Source: Eledone cirrhosa
Taxonomy: Eukaryota
Direction: 5' to 3'
Assembly: GCA_964016885.1 (NCBI GenBank)
Contig: OZ024746.1
Span: forward strand, 92,132,001 to 92,196,000
DNA length: 64,000 nt
Made by a program: the position numbers and the translations under genes. Of this stretch, positions 11,966-25,167 are shown in pieces (the stretch's first letter is position 1; each line of letters opens with the position of its first letter). The notes beneath the pieces were generated by a model. The model did no database searches and was not told where the DNA came from. It saw only the letters and a list, made by a program, of their open reading frames with translations.

Positions 11966-11995
<30 letters not shown>
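11635..11995 (+). mobile_element. RTE family-A 3' UTR with a ~48-bp unit tandemly repeated about 3.5 times, plus (GAT)n tail
   Basis: aaaaacctcccagtccacactgtaatgtggccgtgtaggtaacacggt repeated, then ttaggaagggcatccagc and ccatgctaacgtggaagatgg. Confidence 0.85.
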
Positions 11996-11998
<3 letters not shown>

Positions 11999-12049
11999 AA
12001 AATTCCCATCCAAACACATGCTAGCGTGGAAGATGGACGTTAAACAATG

Positions 12050-13225
12050 ATCGTTTAACGTCCATCTTCCACGCTAGCATGTGTTTGGACGGGAATTTTC
12101 CCACTTGAGGCAAGATTGGTTGTCTTGCTCGTATAGGACTATCTGGCGGATTTTCTACGGTTGGATGCCCTTCCTAACACCAACCACGTTTACAGTGTGG
12201 ACTGGGAGGTTTTTACCATGTTACCTACACAGCCACATTACAGCGTGGACTGTGTGTTTTTTTGTCGGGATACCTACACGACCTCATTTATTTAGGACTG
12301 GATGTTGTGGTACCAACATAACTTTACATCGAAAGAGGTGGTGTGGGTGGGATGGGGGTAGTGGGACGGGGGTGTTTTGGGTTAAGAGGTGCCTACTGAC
12401 AGTAGGTTTCGCTTTGTACTTAGGCAAGGCGGGTCTTCTGTATTACTGCGTAGCGCCAAAGATCTCGGTCCAGTGACATTATCTTGGAGAGGTGTAAGTG
12501 TGTGAGGTCGGAATTTATCAAGTCGTCTCAGGTTTTTCTGGGTCTGCCTACTCCGTGGCTACCGTCTATTTTGATTGCCCTGCACTTTTTTATACAGCTG
12601 TCGTCTTTCATGCACATCACGTGACCATACCAACGTAGTCTTCTCTCGAGTAAACAGCATCTGATCCCTCTTATTCCTAATTTCTCACTTAGTTCATTTA
12701 TGCTTTGCCGTTCATGTATATTACTATTACACATCCAACGGAGCTTGCAAGCTTCGTTCCTCTCCAGTATGTATATATCCTCTGCACACAATGCCCAAGT
12801 CTCACTGCCATGTAACATTGCTGTTCTTATGCAGGCATCATACAGCCTGCCTTTCATTTTTAGAGAGAACCCTTTAGCGGCCAATAGTGGTATAAGTTCT
12901 CTGAACTTTTTCCATCCCGTTCTGACTCTAGCTACTGTACTTTCAGAGCACCCTCCACCACTGCTGATTTTGTCACCCAGGCAACAGAAGGTGTCCACTA
13001 TTTCTATAGAACCATCTGTGCAATAGAATGAGCTAGTATTCTGTGGGCACTTGCTGCTACTTAGTGCACCTGAGCACCGGCCACATATAAAATCTATATT
13101 TTGAGTTAGCTTACCTGTGAACCCACTACATCTTTTATGCACCCATACTTTGCATTTGGGACATAAAATGGAGTTTCTGCCTACTCCTGTCCTACACACT
13201 GAGCATGGCCATTTCCCAGATGGGA

Positions 13226-13228
<3 letters not shown>
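12050..13228 (-). mobile_element. 5'-truncated RTE LINE (PHD finger to 3' end)
   Basis: ORF 12528-13388 from VPSGKWPCSVC to GRPRKT; its N-terminal extension is (TA)n flank. Confidence 0.92.
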
Positions 13229-13259
<31 letters not shown>

Positions 13260-13740
13260 CAAAGGAATTATGGTAAGGAACCAGATGGACCATAATGCAC
13301 CAGAGTACTCAATATTTAGGGTAGTAGAGTGGGAAATAGGAAAAAGTAAGACCCCGACGGCAGAGCTCATGCCATTTTGACAGTCCAAAAATATCCATCG
13401 AAACGGCTTGAGCTTACTTTTTCCTATATATATATATATATATGTATATATCCGTCTAAACCCATGCTAGCGTGGAAGATGGATGTTAACTATGATGATG
13501 ATGATAGATGCCATGACAGGCTTTGACTATTGGAGTCAATTAGAGAAGCTCATGATGTGGAAGAAGCTGGCAGAGTCCATTTTCTCTCCAGGTGTGAATA
13601 CAGAAGATTTCTTCCAGAGAAGGATAGAGAGTGAGTGAGAGATATAGGGAAAGACTCAACCCCAGTAGTAAACTGGTACTTTTTTATAGACCTGGAATGG
13701 ATGAAAGGCAAAGTTGACCTCAACTCGTTGAATTTGAACC

Positions 13741-15302
13741 GTGTTGTATATATACATACACTATGTTGTATACATATATACACTATGTTGTATATATACA
13801 TACACTATGTTGTATATATACATACACTATGTTGTATATATACATACACTATGTTGTATACATATATACACTATGTTGTATACATATATACACTATGTTG
13901 TATATATATATACACTATGTTGTATATATACATACACTATGTTGTATATATACATACACTATGTTGTATACATATATACACTAAATTGTATACATATATA
14001 CACTATGTTGTATACATACATACACTATCTTGTATATATACATACACTATCTTGTATACATATATACACTATGTTGTATACATATATACACTATGTTGTA
14101 TATATACATACACTATGTTGTATATATACATACACTATGTTGTATACATATATACACTATGTTGTACACATATATACACTATGTTGTATACATATATACA
14201 CTATGTTGTATATATATATATACACTATGTTGTATATATACATACACTATGTTGTATACATATATACACTATGTTGTACACATATATACACTATGTTGTA
14301 TACATATATACACTATGTTGTATATATATATACACTATCTTGTATATATACATACACTATGTTGTATACATATACACACTATGTTGTATACATATATACA
14401 CTATGTTGTATACATATATACACTATCTTGTATATATATATACACTATGTTGTATATATATATATACATTATGTTGTATATATATATATACACTATATTG
14501 TATATATATATATACACTATGTTGTATATATATATACACTATGTTGTATATATACACTATGTTGTATATATATATACACTATGTTGTATATATACACTAT
14601 GTTGTATATATATATACACTATGTTGTATATATACACTATGTTGTATATATATATACACTATATTGTATATATATATACACTATGTTGTATACATATATA
14701 CACTATGTTGTATATATATATACATACACTCATCATCATTTCATTTTACGTCCGCTTTTTCCCTGCTTGCAAGGGTGGGACTATCTATGTTGTATATATA
14801 CGTACACTATGTTGTATATATATATATACACTATGTTGTATATATACATACACTATGTTGTATATATATATACACTATGTTGTATATATACATACACTAT
14901 GTTGTATATATATATACACTATGTTGTATATATACATACACTATGTTGTATATATATATACACTATGTTGTATATATACGTATATACACTAAGTTGTATA
15001 TATACATACACTATGTTGTATATATATACACTATGTTGTATATATACATACACTATGTTGTATATATATACACTATGTTGTATATATATATACACTATGT
15101 TGTATATATACAACATAGTGTATATATATACAACATAGTGTATATATATATATACAACATAGTGTATATATATACACACTATGTTGTATATATACACACC
15201 ATGTTGTATACACACACTATGATGTATATATATACATACACTATGATGTATATACATACATACACTATGATGTATATATATTTACACACACTATGATGTA
15301 TA
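13741..15302. repeat. ~22-bp (TA-variable) minisatellite with an RTE tail insert (14730-14781) and a local inversion (15110-15175)
   Basis: Unit cactatgttgtatatatacata; inverted units read caacatagtgtatatata. Confidence 0.95.
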
Positions 15303-15977
15303 CATATTTTCTGTTAAATTTACATAACAACTAGACATTTCTAATGTGTGAAATTCAACACATATATTTCCATGTAGAATGTTGTGAGAGCTATTTATAA
15401 ATCATGTATTATGTTATTATTCATTTTGATCATTGTACATAAACCATCTAAATGAGTGGATTAAATTAACTAAAAGTATTTCATTTACATATCATTTACA
15501 TATCATTTACATATCATTTACTTATCATCATCATCATCATAGTAACAACAGTAACTAGACTGTGATCTTTAAGGACCGTAGGTATTTTTCCCCTATTCCT
15601 GAGCTAAAGTTATGATTAACTTTTAATGTTGAGGATGACCCCTCAGCTCTGTCGGAGACATGACAACCTCAACCTCTCTAGTGTTGACGCAAAATACTCT
15701 CAGTAGGATGTGGAAACATATGTAAGTTAGATGTAGGACCCTGGTCAATCTGAAATGAGTACTCTGTGTCTGTGAAGACCCATCCAACCCTTGCTAGTGA
15801 AGAAAACAGATGCAAAATGATGACAATGATATATATTCTAACCACTGTCAATTATAATAAAGTGAGCTCACTAGCGAATAAATAAATGTTGTCAATTAGT
15901 TTCTAAACATTTGACTTCAAGATGTACAGTTGATTTGTTTACCTAGATTTTGACATCAATTCATTTTCAATTTCCAG

Positions 15978-16032
15978 GAATTTTACCCAACAGATTGAAA
16001 GTATTTGAAAACAATGATATGTGTAATTCCTT
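15978..16032 (+). CDS. CSTPP1: Third visible coding exon of the CSTPP1/C11orf49-like gene
   Basis: ttttcaatttccag| acceptor and |gtaagt donor. Phase-1 join (G|GA) gives GILPNRLKVFENNDMCNS; compare recalled GALPDKGDLMHDPAM. The downstream terminal exon was not identified. Confidence 0.75.
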
Positions 16033-16104
16033 GTAAGTATTAACACATTTTAAAATTAATTTCTATAAAATGTAAATAAGTATACATAAATTAAAGGCTG
16101 ATTG

Positions 16105-16140
<36 letters not shown>

Positions 16141-16317
16141 TCATCATCATCATCGTCTTCGTTTAACATCCATCTTCCCCGCTAGCATGGGTTTTACTGA
16201 TTAATGGTGAAATATATTTCTTTAACGAAATATATACAAAGGAGATTAATCATTATTGTAAGGTATCTATATTTGAGGTTCTCGTTAAATTTTAATATGT
16301 TACCTCCGTAACTATGT

Positions 16318-19300
16318 GTGTTTGATAGAAAGGCATCACAACAGACACACCATTGCTCACAACACAGTTGATAGAAAGGCATCACATCAAACACACCATT
16401 GCTCACAACACAGTTGATAGAAAGGCATCACAACAGACACACCATTGCTCACATCACAGTTGATAGAAAGGCATCACAACAAACACACCATTGCTCACAA
16501 CACAGTTGATAGAAAGGCATCACAACAGACACACCATTGCTCACAACACAGTTGATAGAAAGGCATCACATCAAACACACCATTGCTCACAACACAGTTG
16601 ATAGAAAGGCATCACAACAGACACACCATTGCTCACATCACAGTTGATAGAAAGGCATCACAACAAACACACCATTGCTCACAACACAGTTGATAGAAAG
16701 GCATCACAACAGACACACCATTGCTCACAACACAGTTGATAGAAAGGCATCACATCAAACACACCATTGCTCACAACACAGTTGATAGAAAGGCATCACA
16801 TCAAACACACCATTGCTCACAACACAGTTGATAGAAAGGCATCACAACAAACACACCATTGCTCACAACACAGTTGATAGAAAGGCATCACATCAAACAC
16901 ACCATTGCTCACAACACAGTTGATAGAAAGGCATCACAACAAACACACCATTGCTCACATCACAGTTGATAGAAAGGCATCACAACAAACACACCATTGC
17001 TCACATCACAGTTGATAGAAAGGCATCACATCAGATACACCATTGCTCACAACACAGTTGATAGAAAGGCATCACAACAAACACACCATTGCTCACATCA
17101 CACGGTTGATAGAAAGGCATCACAACAAACACACCATTGCTCACATCACAGTTAATAGAAAGGCATCACAACAGATACACCATTGCTCACATCACACAGT
17201 TGATAGAAAGGCATCACATCAAACACACCATTGCTCACATCACAGTTGATAGAAAGGCATCACAACAAACACACCATTGCTCACATCACACAGTTGAAAG
17301 GCATCACATCAAACACACCATTGCTTACAACACAGTTGATAGAAAGGCATCACATCAAACACACCATTGCTCACATCACAGTTGATAGAAAGGCATCACA
17401 ACAAACACACCATTGCTCACATCACAGTTGATAGAAAGGCATCGCAACAAACACACCATTGCTCACATCACACAGTTGATAGAAAGGCATCACAACAGAT
17501 ACACCATTGCTCACATCACACAGTTGATAGAAAGGCATCACATCAAACACACCATTGCTCACATCACACAGTTGATAGAAAGGCATCACAACAGACACAC
17601 CATTGCTCACATCACACGGTTGATAGAAAGGCATCACAACAAACTCACCATTGCTCACATCACAGTTGATAGAAAGGCATCACAACAAACACACCATTGC
17701 TCACATCACACAGTTGATAGAAAGGCATCACATCAAACACACCATTGCTCACAACACAGTTGATAGAAAGGCACCACAACAAATACACCATTGCTCACAT
17801 CACAGTTGATAGAAAGGCATCACAACAAACACACCATTGCTCACATCACAGTTGATAGAAAGGCATCACAACAGATACACCGTTGCTCACATCACACAGT
17901 TGATAGAAAGGCATCACAACAAACACACCATTGCTCACAACACAGTTGATAGAAAGGCATCACAACAAACACACCATTGCTCACATCACAGTTGATAGAA
18001 AGGCATCACAACAAACACACCATTGCTCACATCATAGTTGATAGAAAGGCATCACAACAGACAGACCATTGCTCACAACACAGTTGATAGAAAGGCATCA
18101 CAACAAACAAACCATTGCTCACAACACAGTTTATAGAAAGGCATCACAACAAACACACCATTGCTCACATCACAGTTGATAGAAAGGCATCACAACAGAT
18201 ACACCATTGCTCACATCACAGTTGATAGAAAGGCATCACAACAGATACACCGTTGCTCACATCACACAGTTGATAGAAAGGCATCACAACAAACACACCA
18301 TTGCTCACATCACAGTTGATAGAAAGGCATCACAACAAACACACCATTGCTCACATCACAGTTGATAGAAAGGCATCACAACAGATACACCATTGCTCAC
18401 AACACAGTTGATAGAAAGGCATCACAACAAACACACCATTGCTCACATCACACAGTTGATAGAAAGGCATCACAACAAACACACCATTGCTCACATCACA
18501 GTTAATAGAAAGGCATCACAACAGATACACCATTGCTCACATCACAGTTGATAGAAAGGCATCACAACAAACACACCATTGCTCACATCACAGTTGATAG
18601 AAAGGCATCACAACAGACACACCGTTGCTCACATCACAGTTGATAGAAAGGCATCACAACAAACACACCATTGCTCACATCACACAGTTGATAGAAAGGC
18701 ATCATAACAAACACACCATTGCTCACATCACAGTTGATAGAAAGGCATCACAACAGATACACCATTGCTCACATCACAGTTGATAGAAAGGCATCACAAC
18801 AAACACACCATTGCTCACATCACAGTTGATAGAAAGGCATCACAACAGACACACCCTTGCTCACATCACAGTTGATAGAAAGGCATCACAACAAACATAC
18901 CATTGCTCACATCACAGTTGATAGAAAGGCATCACAACAGATACACCATTGCTCACAACACAGTTGATAGAAAGGCATCACAACAGATACACCATTGCTC
19001 ACAACACAGTTGATAGAAAGGCATCACAACAGACAAACATACCATTGCTCACAACACAGTTGATAGAAAGGCATCACAACAAACACACCATTGCTCACAT
19101 CACACAGTTGAAAGGCATCACATCAAACACACCATTGCTCACAACACAGTTGATAGAAAGGCATCACAACAAACACACCATTGCTCACATCACAGTTTAT
19201 AGAAAGGCATCACAACAAACACACCATTGCTCACATCACAGTTGATAGAAAGGCATCACAACAAACACACCATTGCTCACATCACAGTTGATAGAAAGGC

Positions 19301-19670
19301 ATCACAACAGACACACCGTTGCTCACAACACAGTTGATAGAAAGGCATCACAACAAACACACCATTGCTCACATCACACAGTTGATAGAAAGGCATCACA
19401 ACAAACACACCATTGCTCACATCACAGTTGATAGAAAGGCATCACAACAGATACACCATTGCTCATATCACAGTTGATAGAAAGGCATCACATCAAACAC
19501 ACCATTGCTCACAACACATTTGATAGAAAGGCATCACAACAGATACACCATTGTTCACATCACAGTTTATAGAAAGGCATCACAACAGACAGACCATTGC
19601 TCACAACACAGTTGATAGAAAGGCATCACAACAAACATACCATTGCTCACAACACAGTTGATAGAAAGCC
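16318..19670. repeat. 46-bp satellite (~72 copies, with 48-bp variants)
   Basis: Unit gttgatagaaaggcatcacaacagacacaccattgctcacaacaca. Confidence 0.97.
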
Positions 19671-20381
19671 TATCCAGCAATAGGAGGAGAGAGGGGTACA
19701 GTAAAATATCTGTACAATACAGTGTAACTAGAAACACTGAGAAATAGTTTGAATATAGCCAGCAAAAGTTATATATTAGCCAGTATTGTGTGTAGATATT
19801 ACATATCCACAGTTGAGAAAAACTGATGTCATTTCACATTATATAGCTGACACATGAAATGTAAATTGGTTTCTAAAAGCAAGTCACACCCAATTTACTT
19901 GTACAACAAGATCATTTATCAAAGGGTATGATATTGTATATGTTGTAAAAACTCTATGCTGTATTTAAACTTCAGATTTAGTTAAGATGGTAGAATACTT
20001 AAAATAAGAACTCATCTTCTCTCCTTCAACTTCTAATATTGAAGACATTCGTTACACAGATTTATGTTAGTAGGCACGAGGCCAATTTTTGTAGAAAAGG
20101 TGTTTTGTCATTTAATTAACTCTTAATGTCCTGTACCACATGAAACCACATTAGTAAGACATTCTTACAAAGTACAAAACAGCATGATGACTTGCATCAC
20201 ATTAAAATTGAAAGCTTTACTTTAGTTAACTGCAAAATATCATCACAATCTGTCCACTAGTAGAAATACTATAAACATTTGAATTAACAAATCTGTTTTT
20301 AGATGTTTTCTGCTACATAATCACTGGATATTAAGAGTTAATCCAGAACTTTCCTCGTGTGTGTGTATATATATATATATA

Positions 20382-20905
20382 TTCCGAGGCCAAAGTATCT
20401 AGAATAAGGATGGGTTGGAAGAAGTTTAAGGAGCTGCTTCCTCTGCTGACGAAGAAGGGTTTCTCCCTGCGTACGAAAGGCCGGTTATATGATGCCTGTG
20501 TGAGGAGCGCGATGCTGCATGGTGGTGAGACATGGGCAGCAACTGCAGAGGATATGCGACGGCTGGAGAGAAATGAGGCAAGCCTGGATGTGTTGAGGGA
20601 GAAACTGTGCGTGAGAGGGATAGATTGTAGTGTGCGAGAGAGGAGACTGCGATGGTATGGTCATGTGATGCGCATGGAGGATGACCAATGGGTGAAGAAG
20701 TGCCAGGAAATGCCAGTTGAAGGAAAATGTGGTAGAGGTAGACCACGAAAAACATGGGTGGAGGTGGTAAGAGCAGACCTCAGATCACTGAAGCTCACAG
20801 TGGAGATGACAAAGGACCGTGATAAGTGGAGAGATGCTGTGCTGAATAGGACCTGTCCCACCCTTGCAAGCAGGGAGAAGTGGACGTAGAATGATGATGA
20901 TGATG
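20382..20905 (+). mobile_element. RTE family-B 3' fragment; ORF runs to the tail and has an internal deletion
   Basis: RIRMGWKKFKELLPLL...RRLRWYGHVMRM...GRGRPRKTW...LASREKWT*, immediately followed by (GAT)n. Confidence 0.9.
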
Positions 20906-20911
20906 TATATA

Positions 20912-20942
<31 letters not shown>

Positions 20943-21021
20943 TATTTATATATAACCCATATATATTTATATATAACCCATGCTAGCGTGGAAAATGGAC
21001 ATTAAACGAAGATGATGATGA

Positions 21022-21062
<41 letters not shown>

Positions 21063-21172
21063 TATATATATATATATATATGTATATACATATATATATA
21101 TATGTATATACATACATATATATATATGTATATACATATATATATATGCACATACATATATATATATACACA

Positions 21173-21248
<76 letters not shown>

Positions 21249-21256
<8 letters not shown>

Positions 21257-21594
21257 ATATAAGATCAAAAGATGGTTAAAAGAGTTCCAAGTATTTTATT
21301 ATGCGCATTTCAAAAACAAATATCATCATGAGATGATATCTGCGTTTTCATCAGATAAAATAAGGATACATGATATGAAGGTTAAAAAACACTTGTGAAT
21401 AGTGAAGTTTTAAATCAACATATGTTGATTTAAAACTTCACTATTCACAAGTGTTTTTTAACCTTCATATCATGTATCCCTATTTTATCTGATGAAAACG
21501 CAGATATCATCTCATGATGATATTTGTTTTTGAAATGCGCATAATAAAATACTTGGAACTCTTTTAACCATCTTTTGATCTTATATTATATATA
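21249..21594. repeat. Near-perfect ~346-bp palindrome (Penelope-like inverted pLTR)
   Basis: Centre aaatcaacaTAtgttgattt at 21421/21422; I saw only one mismatch between the arms. Confidence 0.92.
21481..21551 (+). ncRNA. Minimal type-I hammerhead ribozyme (mirror copy on - strand at 21292-21362)
   Basis: Stem I tattttat/ataaaata; CUGAUGA at 21489; stem II aaacgcagatatcatc-tcat-gatgatatttgtttt; GAAAU-GCGC-AUA with predicted cleavage after 21543. Confidence 0.85.
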
Positions 21595-21672
21595 CCCCAG
21601 TCCTACAAACTGTAGAGTGCTACTTATCCGATATTTGCATTGCTTTATTGTGCTACAATAAAACTCACCTCC

Positions 21673-21719
<47 letters not shown>

Positions 21720-22068
21720 GTATACATACATCCATATATCATATTATTGATTTCTTTTGACTAGGCACAAAAGTTGTGCTTTTGAAAGAGAGGAAGAATG
21801 ATACATGATGGTGTTGTCCTTCCTAAAGGTATTATTGATATACAGGTGAAATAGCAGCAGCCTATCAGTCTCTGCCAACAGTTTACATTTACTTGTACCG
21901 TTGTATTTGCTTTCTCTCTGCACTCTCTAGTATTAACTAATTCAATTAACCTTAACTTATACTAACTGTAGTTGTTTTCATTACTAGAAATCAAACCAGA
22001 AGAGTCCAAAAGAAACAGATTAATTAGTCAATTAATTAGACCCTAACTTTATTAAATCTACCATTATA

Positions 22069-22350
22069 CAAAGGTTGGCTGAAAAGTTCTTAGGCTGACT
22101 AAGAGACTCTCATGGAATGACCAAATGAGGAATTCTTCTTCTTGCTCTTGTTTGTGACTGGAATCCTTCTAAACCAATGATCCCGAAGCATCACCATGCG
22201 TAGAACGAATATATGCTAACTGAGCATTTTAGAAATGAGGAATACAGTTATTAATAAGAAGAGTTGAAATTAATGCAAATGCATGCAAGATTTCACAGCT
22301 CTAGCATCACTTCTTCATAGTCAGCCTATGAACTTTTTAGCCGACCGTCA
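22069..22350. mobile_element. Mariner-type MITE
   Basis: TA|caaaggttggctgaaaagttcttaggctgactaaga ... tcatagtcagcctatgaactttttagccgaccgtca|TA; imperfect ~35-bp TIRs. Confidence 0.75.
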
Positions 22351-23162
22351 TATTGCTGTCCAGAAATTAAACAATCTTATCCTCACCTTTTTCTGACTGT
22401 AGATAACTATCTTACCTCTGATTCACAAATATTTTAGATTGCAGCCAAAAAATGTCACAACAAAAGACATGGAATTATTCACTCTAACCTCTGACATGCT
22501 CCTCTTTGTACTGTTTCTACCGCTATTAGAATGGTCTTTATTTCATAAAGCTGTCTCAGGCCACCTAAACAATAGCCCATCTTCTTCTCAACACCCATAT
22601 TGTGTTCTTACTCAGGCGATGAACAAATTATTATGCTATCCTCTTCTTTACCAAAAAGTCATCAACACTCTGGAACTCAAGGCCATGTTTCTCCTACAGT
22701 TGTCTTGTAGCTGTTCGAGAGCATCATCAATCACATCAATCCTGCCAATCTCAAAGAACCTACAAAGGACAAAAGAACCACAATGAAGCCACTGAATTAT
22801 AACCCATAATTGGGGTATTTTCTCAGGAAGGCTTAACATTTAAACCTAGTTATACCTACATTAAATTGATCATAAATAGACTAACTACTTGTTTTTCTAT
22901 TAGCCTTGTGGCTATTTTTTGTAAGTATGGTAGTACACTAGCTTCAGTTAATGAAATCACCAGAGTTGAGTCAAGCTTTAAACTTCATTAATAACCAAAG
23001 TTCCTCAACTGGAATATATTATAACTAGATGATAATGGTCATAGTAGACTTCAGTCTACTATGACCATGTTTTTTAACAGTACATACTATCTTTATGTTT
23101 TGATTTTCAAAATAATCCAGCATTATGAAAGGTTTAGTGAAGCAACTAAAACTTTCATATAA

Positions 23163-23410
23163 AGAATGATGTGCTCATGTGCGGAGATGCTATAAGATAG
23201 CTTATAAAATTGAATGAAGACCATTGAAGATGGAAAAAGATGTGCCATTGGCCACTATGGAGAATTGAACTCCATATCTCCCAGATAGCTAGTCAGTTTC
23301 TGAGAGACATGGGGTTCAATTCCTCATTGTAGCCAGTGGTAACATCTTTTTATATCTTTAAAGTTCTTCACTCTATTTTATAGCATTTCCACACATGAGC
23401 ACATCATTCT
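23163..23410. repeat. Diverged fold-back element with tRNA-like (B-box) arms
   Basis: agaatgatgtgctcatgtg...gaattgaactccatatctc pairs with gagacatggggttcaattcc...cacatgagcacatcattct. Confidence 0.7.
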
Positions 23411-24042
23411 ATATATCTTCCCTGTGCTTTGTGAAAGTCTGGGAGATGAGCTACATATACATAACTAACTTTCTCACATCTATATCTTTCATTTCATTAG
23501 ATTTCAATACAACATTTAAACCTTCTTTTGTCTAAGATATGTATTTTAATAAAACAATTATTCATTTCTCACTGAAAACTCTTCTTCCTTCCCTTTTACT
23601 TAAAGTCGGATTCCAGCCTATCACCTGCATACCTCAAGTGGACGATTCTCCAAGTGAGTCTTTCTTGTCTCTCACCCTACCTGTAGCCACACCTGGCCCT
23701 TAGTTGCCTTTAGCAGAATCCAATCTTTTGCAGACCAGGTCCCTGGTTTGAGGATACCTTCTTCACACCAGTCTCAGAGGACCCTAAAAGGATCAGGTCT
23801 TCTGCCTTTCTCTCCATCACTAAATACTATAATAAATAAAAAGATAAAAATTACTGAAGCCTTATTTTCAAATTGAACTCTTACTGTAGTTTTAGTTGTT
23901 TCTACGCACACACACACACATATGTATGTATGTATATATATGTGTGTGTGTGTATATATATATGTGTGTGTTAAGTATTTCCATGGAAAAGGTAAAGGAA
24001 AGAAGAGTGCTCTATGTATAGTACAGAGCTATTTAATTATGT

Positions 24043-24159
24043 AATAAACAACACAATATAATTATTTCCATAACCCAAGGTTTCACGGAGTCAGACGATT
24101 CTAACAGAAGCACCTGAATCATCTAACTCCGTGAAACCTTGGAATAATTATATTGTGTT

Positions 24160-24165
<6 letters not shown>
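24043..24165. repeat. Short fold-back of the same family as 28259-28483, with the hammerhead partly deleted
   Basis: Shares the gaagagtgctctatgta..tacagagct leader and the taaacaa.acaatataattat arm; retains gaaaccttgg. Confidence 0.7.
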
Positions 24166-24198
<33 letters not shown>

Positions 24199-24282
24199 AA
24201 AGTTCTATTTAAATTGTTGGGATACAACAAGCAAATATTTTTATAACTGATATAAAGCACTCAACAAGTATTTGGAGTAAAC

Positions 24283-24582
24283 ATACGATATTAACAAATG
24301 GAAACTATATTTATAAAACCATATTTATTTCATTATACATATTTCAAGGACACCAAGTTAAATTATGGTGTGCTTTCATCAGACAAAATACAATATAGAT
24401 CGGGAGCTTCCAACAGTAATGGTTGCATTTTTTAAGGGTATGTCAATATTTATTTATAAAACTGATCTATATTGTATTTTGTCTGATGAAAGCACACTAT
24501 AATTTAACTTGGTGTCCTTGAGATATGTATAATGAAATAAATATGGTTTTATAAATATAGTTTCTATTTGTTAATATCGTGT
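24283..24582. repeat. Fold-back inverted repeat (~120-bp arms, ~60-bp spacer) carrying hammerheads
   Basis: Arms 24283-24402 and 24463-24582 are complementary with few mismatches. Confidence 0.88.
24326..24390 (-). ncRNA. Minimal type-I hammerhead ribozyme
   Basis: Minus strand: tattttgt CTGATGA aagcacacca-taatttaact-tggtgtcctt GAAAT atgt ATA atgaaata. The + strand mirror has GAAA changed to GAGA. Confidence 0.78.
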
Positions 24583-24656
24583 ATATATATATATATATAT
24601 ATATAAAATAAAGTAAAATAAATAAGTCAAATGTTTAAAATTTAGCTTCATTTATT

Positions 24657-24711
24657 ACTGCTATATATATTTCGGTGACAGCCATCTTTGGCTGTGACCT
24701 CTTCAGGCAGT
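24657..24711 (-). ncRNA. Minimal type-I hammerhead ribozyme
   Basis: Minus strand: actgc CTGAAGA ggtcacagcca-aaga-tggctgtcacc GAAAT atat ATA gcagt; perfect 5-bp stem I. Confidence 0.8.
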
Positions 24712-25167
24712 CCGAATTAGTGTGGTATAGATAAGTACATATGTTGTTGAGGTGTATAATTTTGTCAATACTCTGATATGCCTAGTTCCTGGTTGGGTTG
24801 TTATTTCACTGAGGAACTGGAATCTCAAAATCTATATATATATATAATACTCAAAATCTATATATATATAGAGAGAGAGAGGGGGGGGGGGGAATAAATA
24901 CACAAAGAAGTGTGTTTTGAATTACATGGGGGTGAAAACCACTATGGTGCAATGCATATAATATTGTAAAGAGCCCAGTTCTTATACTTTGAGCTCATTA
25001 ATTACAGGGTATTAATGTGAGTTTTTAACTCTGGTTTTTCATTTTATTTTGGCTTCTAGTGATTTCTCTTATTGTTTGTTAAGCTTTTGAAGTTGAGTGG
25101 TTTTAGGCTGCCATTTCTAGCCATTTTACGATCCACTGATGCCACTATGTGCTGCCTGTTACATATG

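Noticed and set aside
13508-13591. Possible in-frame cassette exon (DAMTGFDYWSQLEKL...)
   Set aside because: There is no polypyrimidine tract (the AG follows a GAT tail), and it would interrupt the collinear match between exons 6267-6382 and 15978-16032.
13635-15296. Long Y/I/H/C-rich ORFs
   Set aside because: Translations of a TA-rich minisatellite.
21765-21801. Candidate terminal exon of the CSTPP1-like gene (LHKSCAFEREEE*)
   Set aside because: It is phase-compatible but has no recognisable homology, and the sequence resembles a decayed SINE tail (ggcacaa...). It cannot be supported without RNA data.
22439-22839. ORFs on both strands, including a mariner-like RFFEIGRIDVIDDA segment
   Set aside because: Similarity is too short to call, and no motifs continue.
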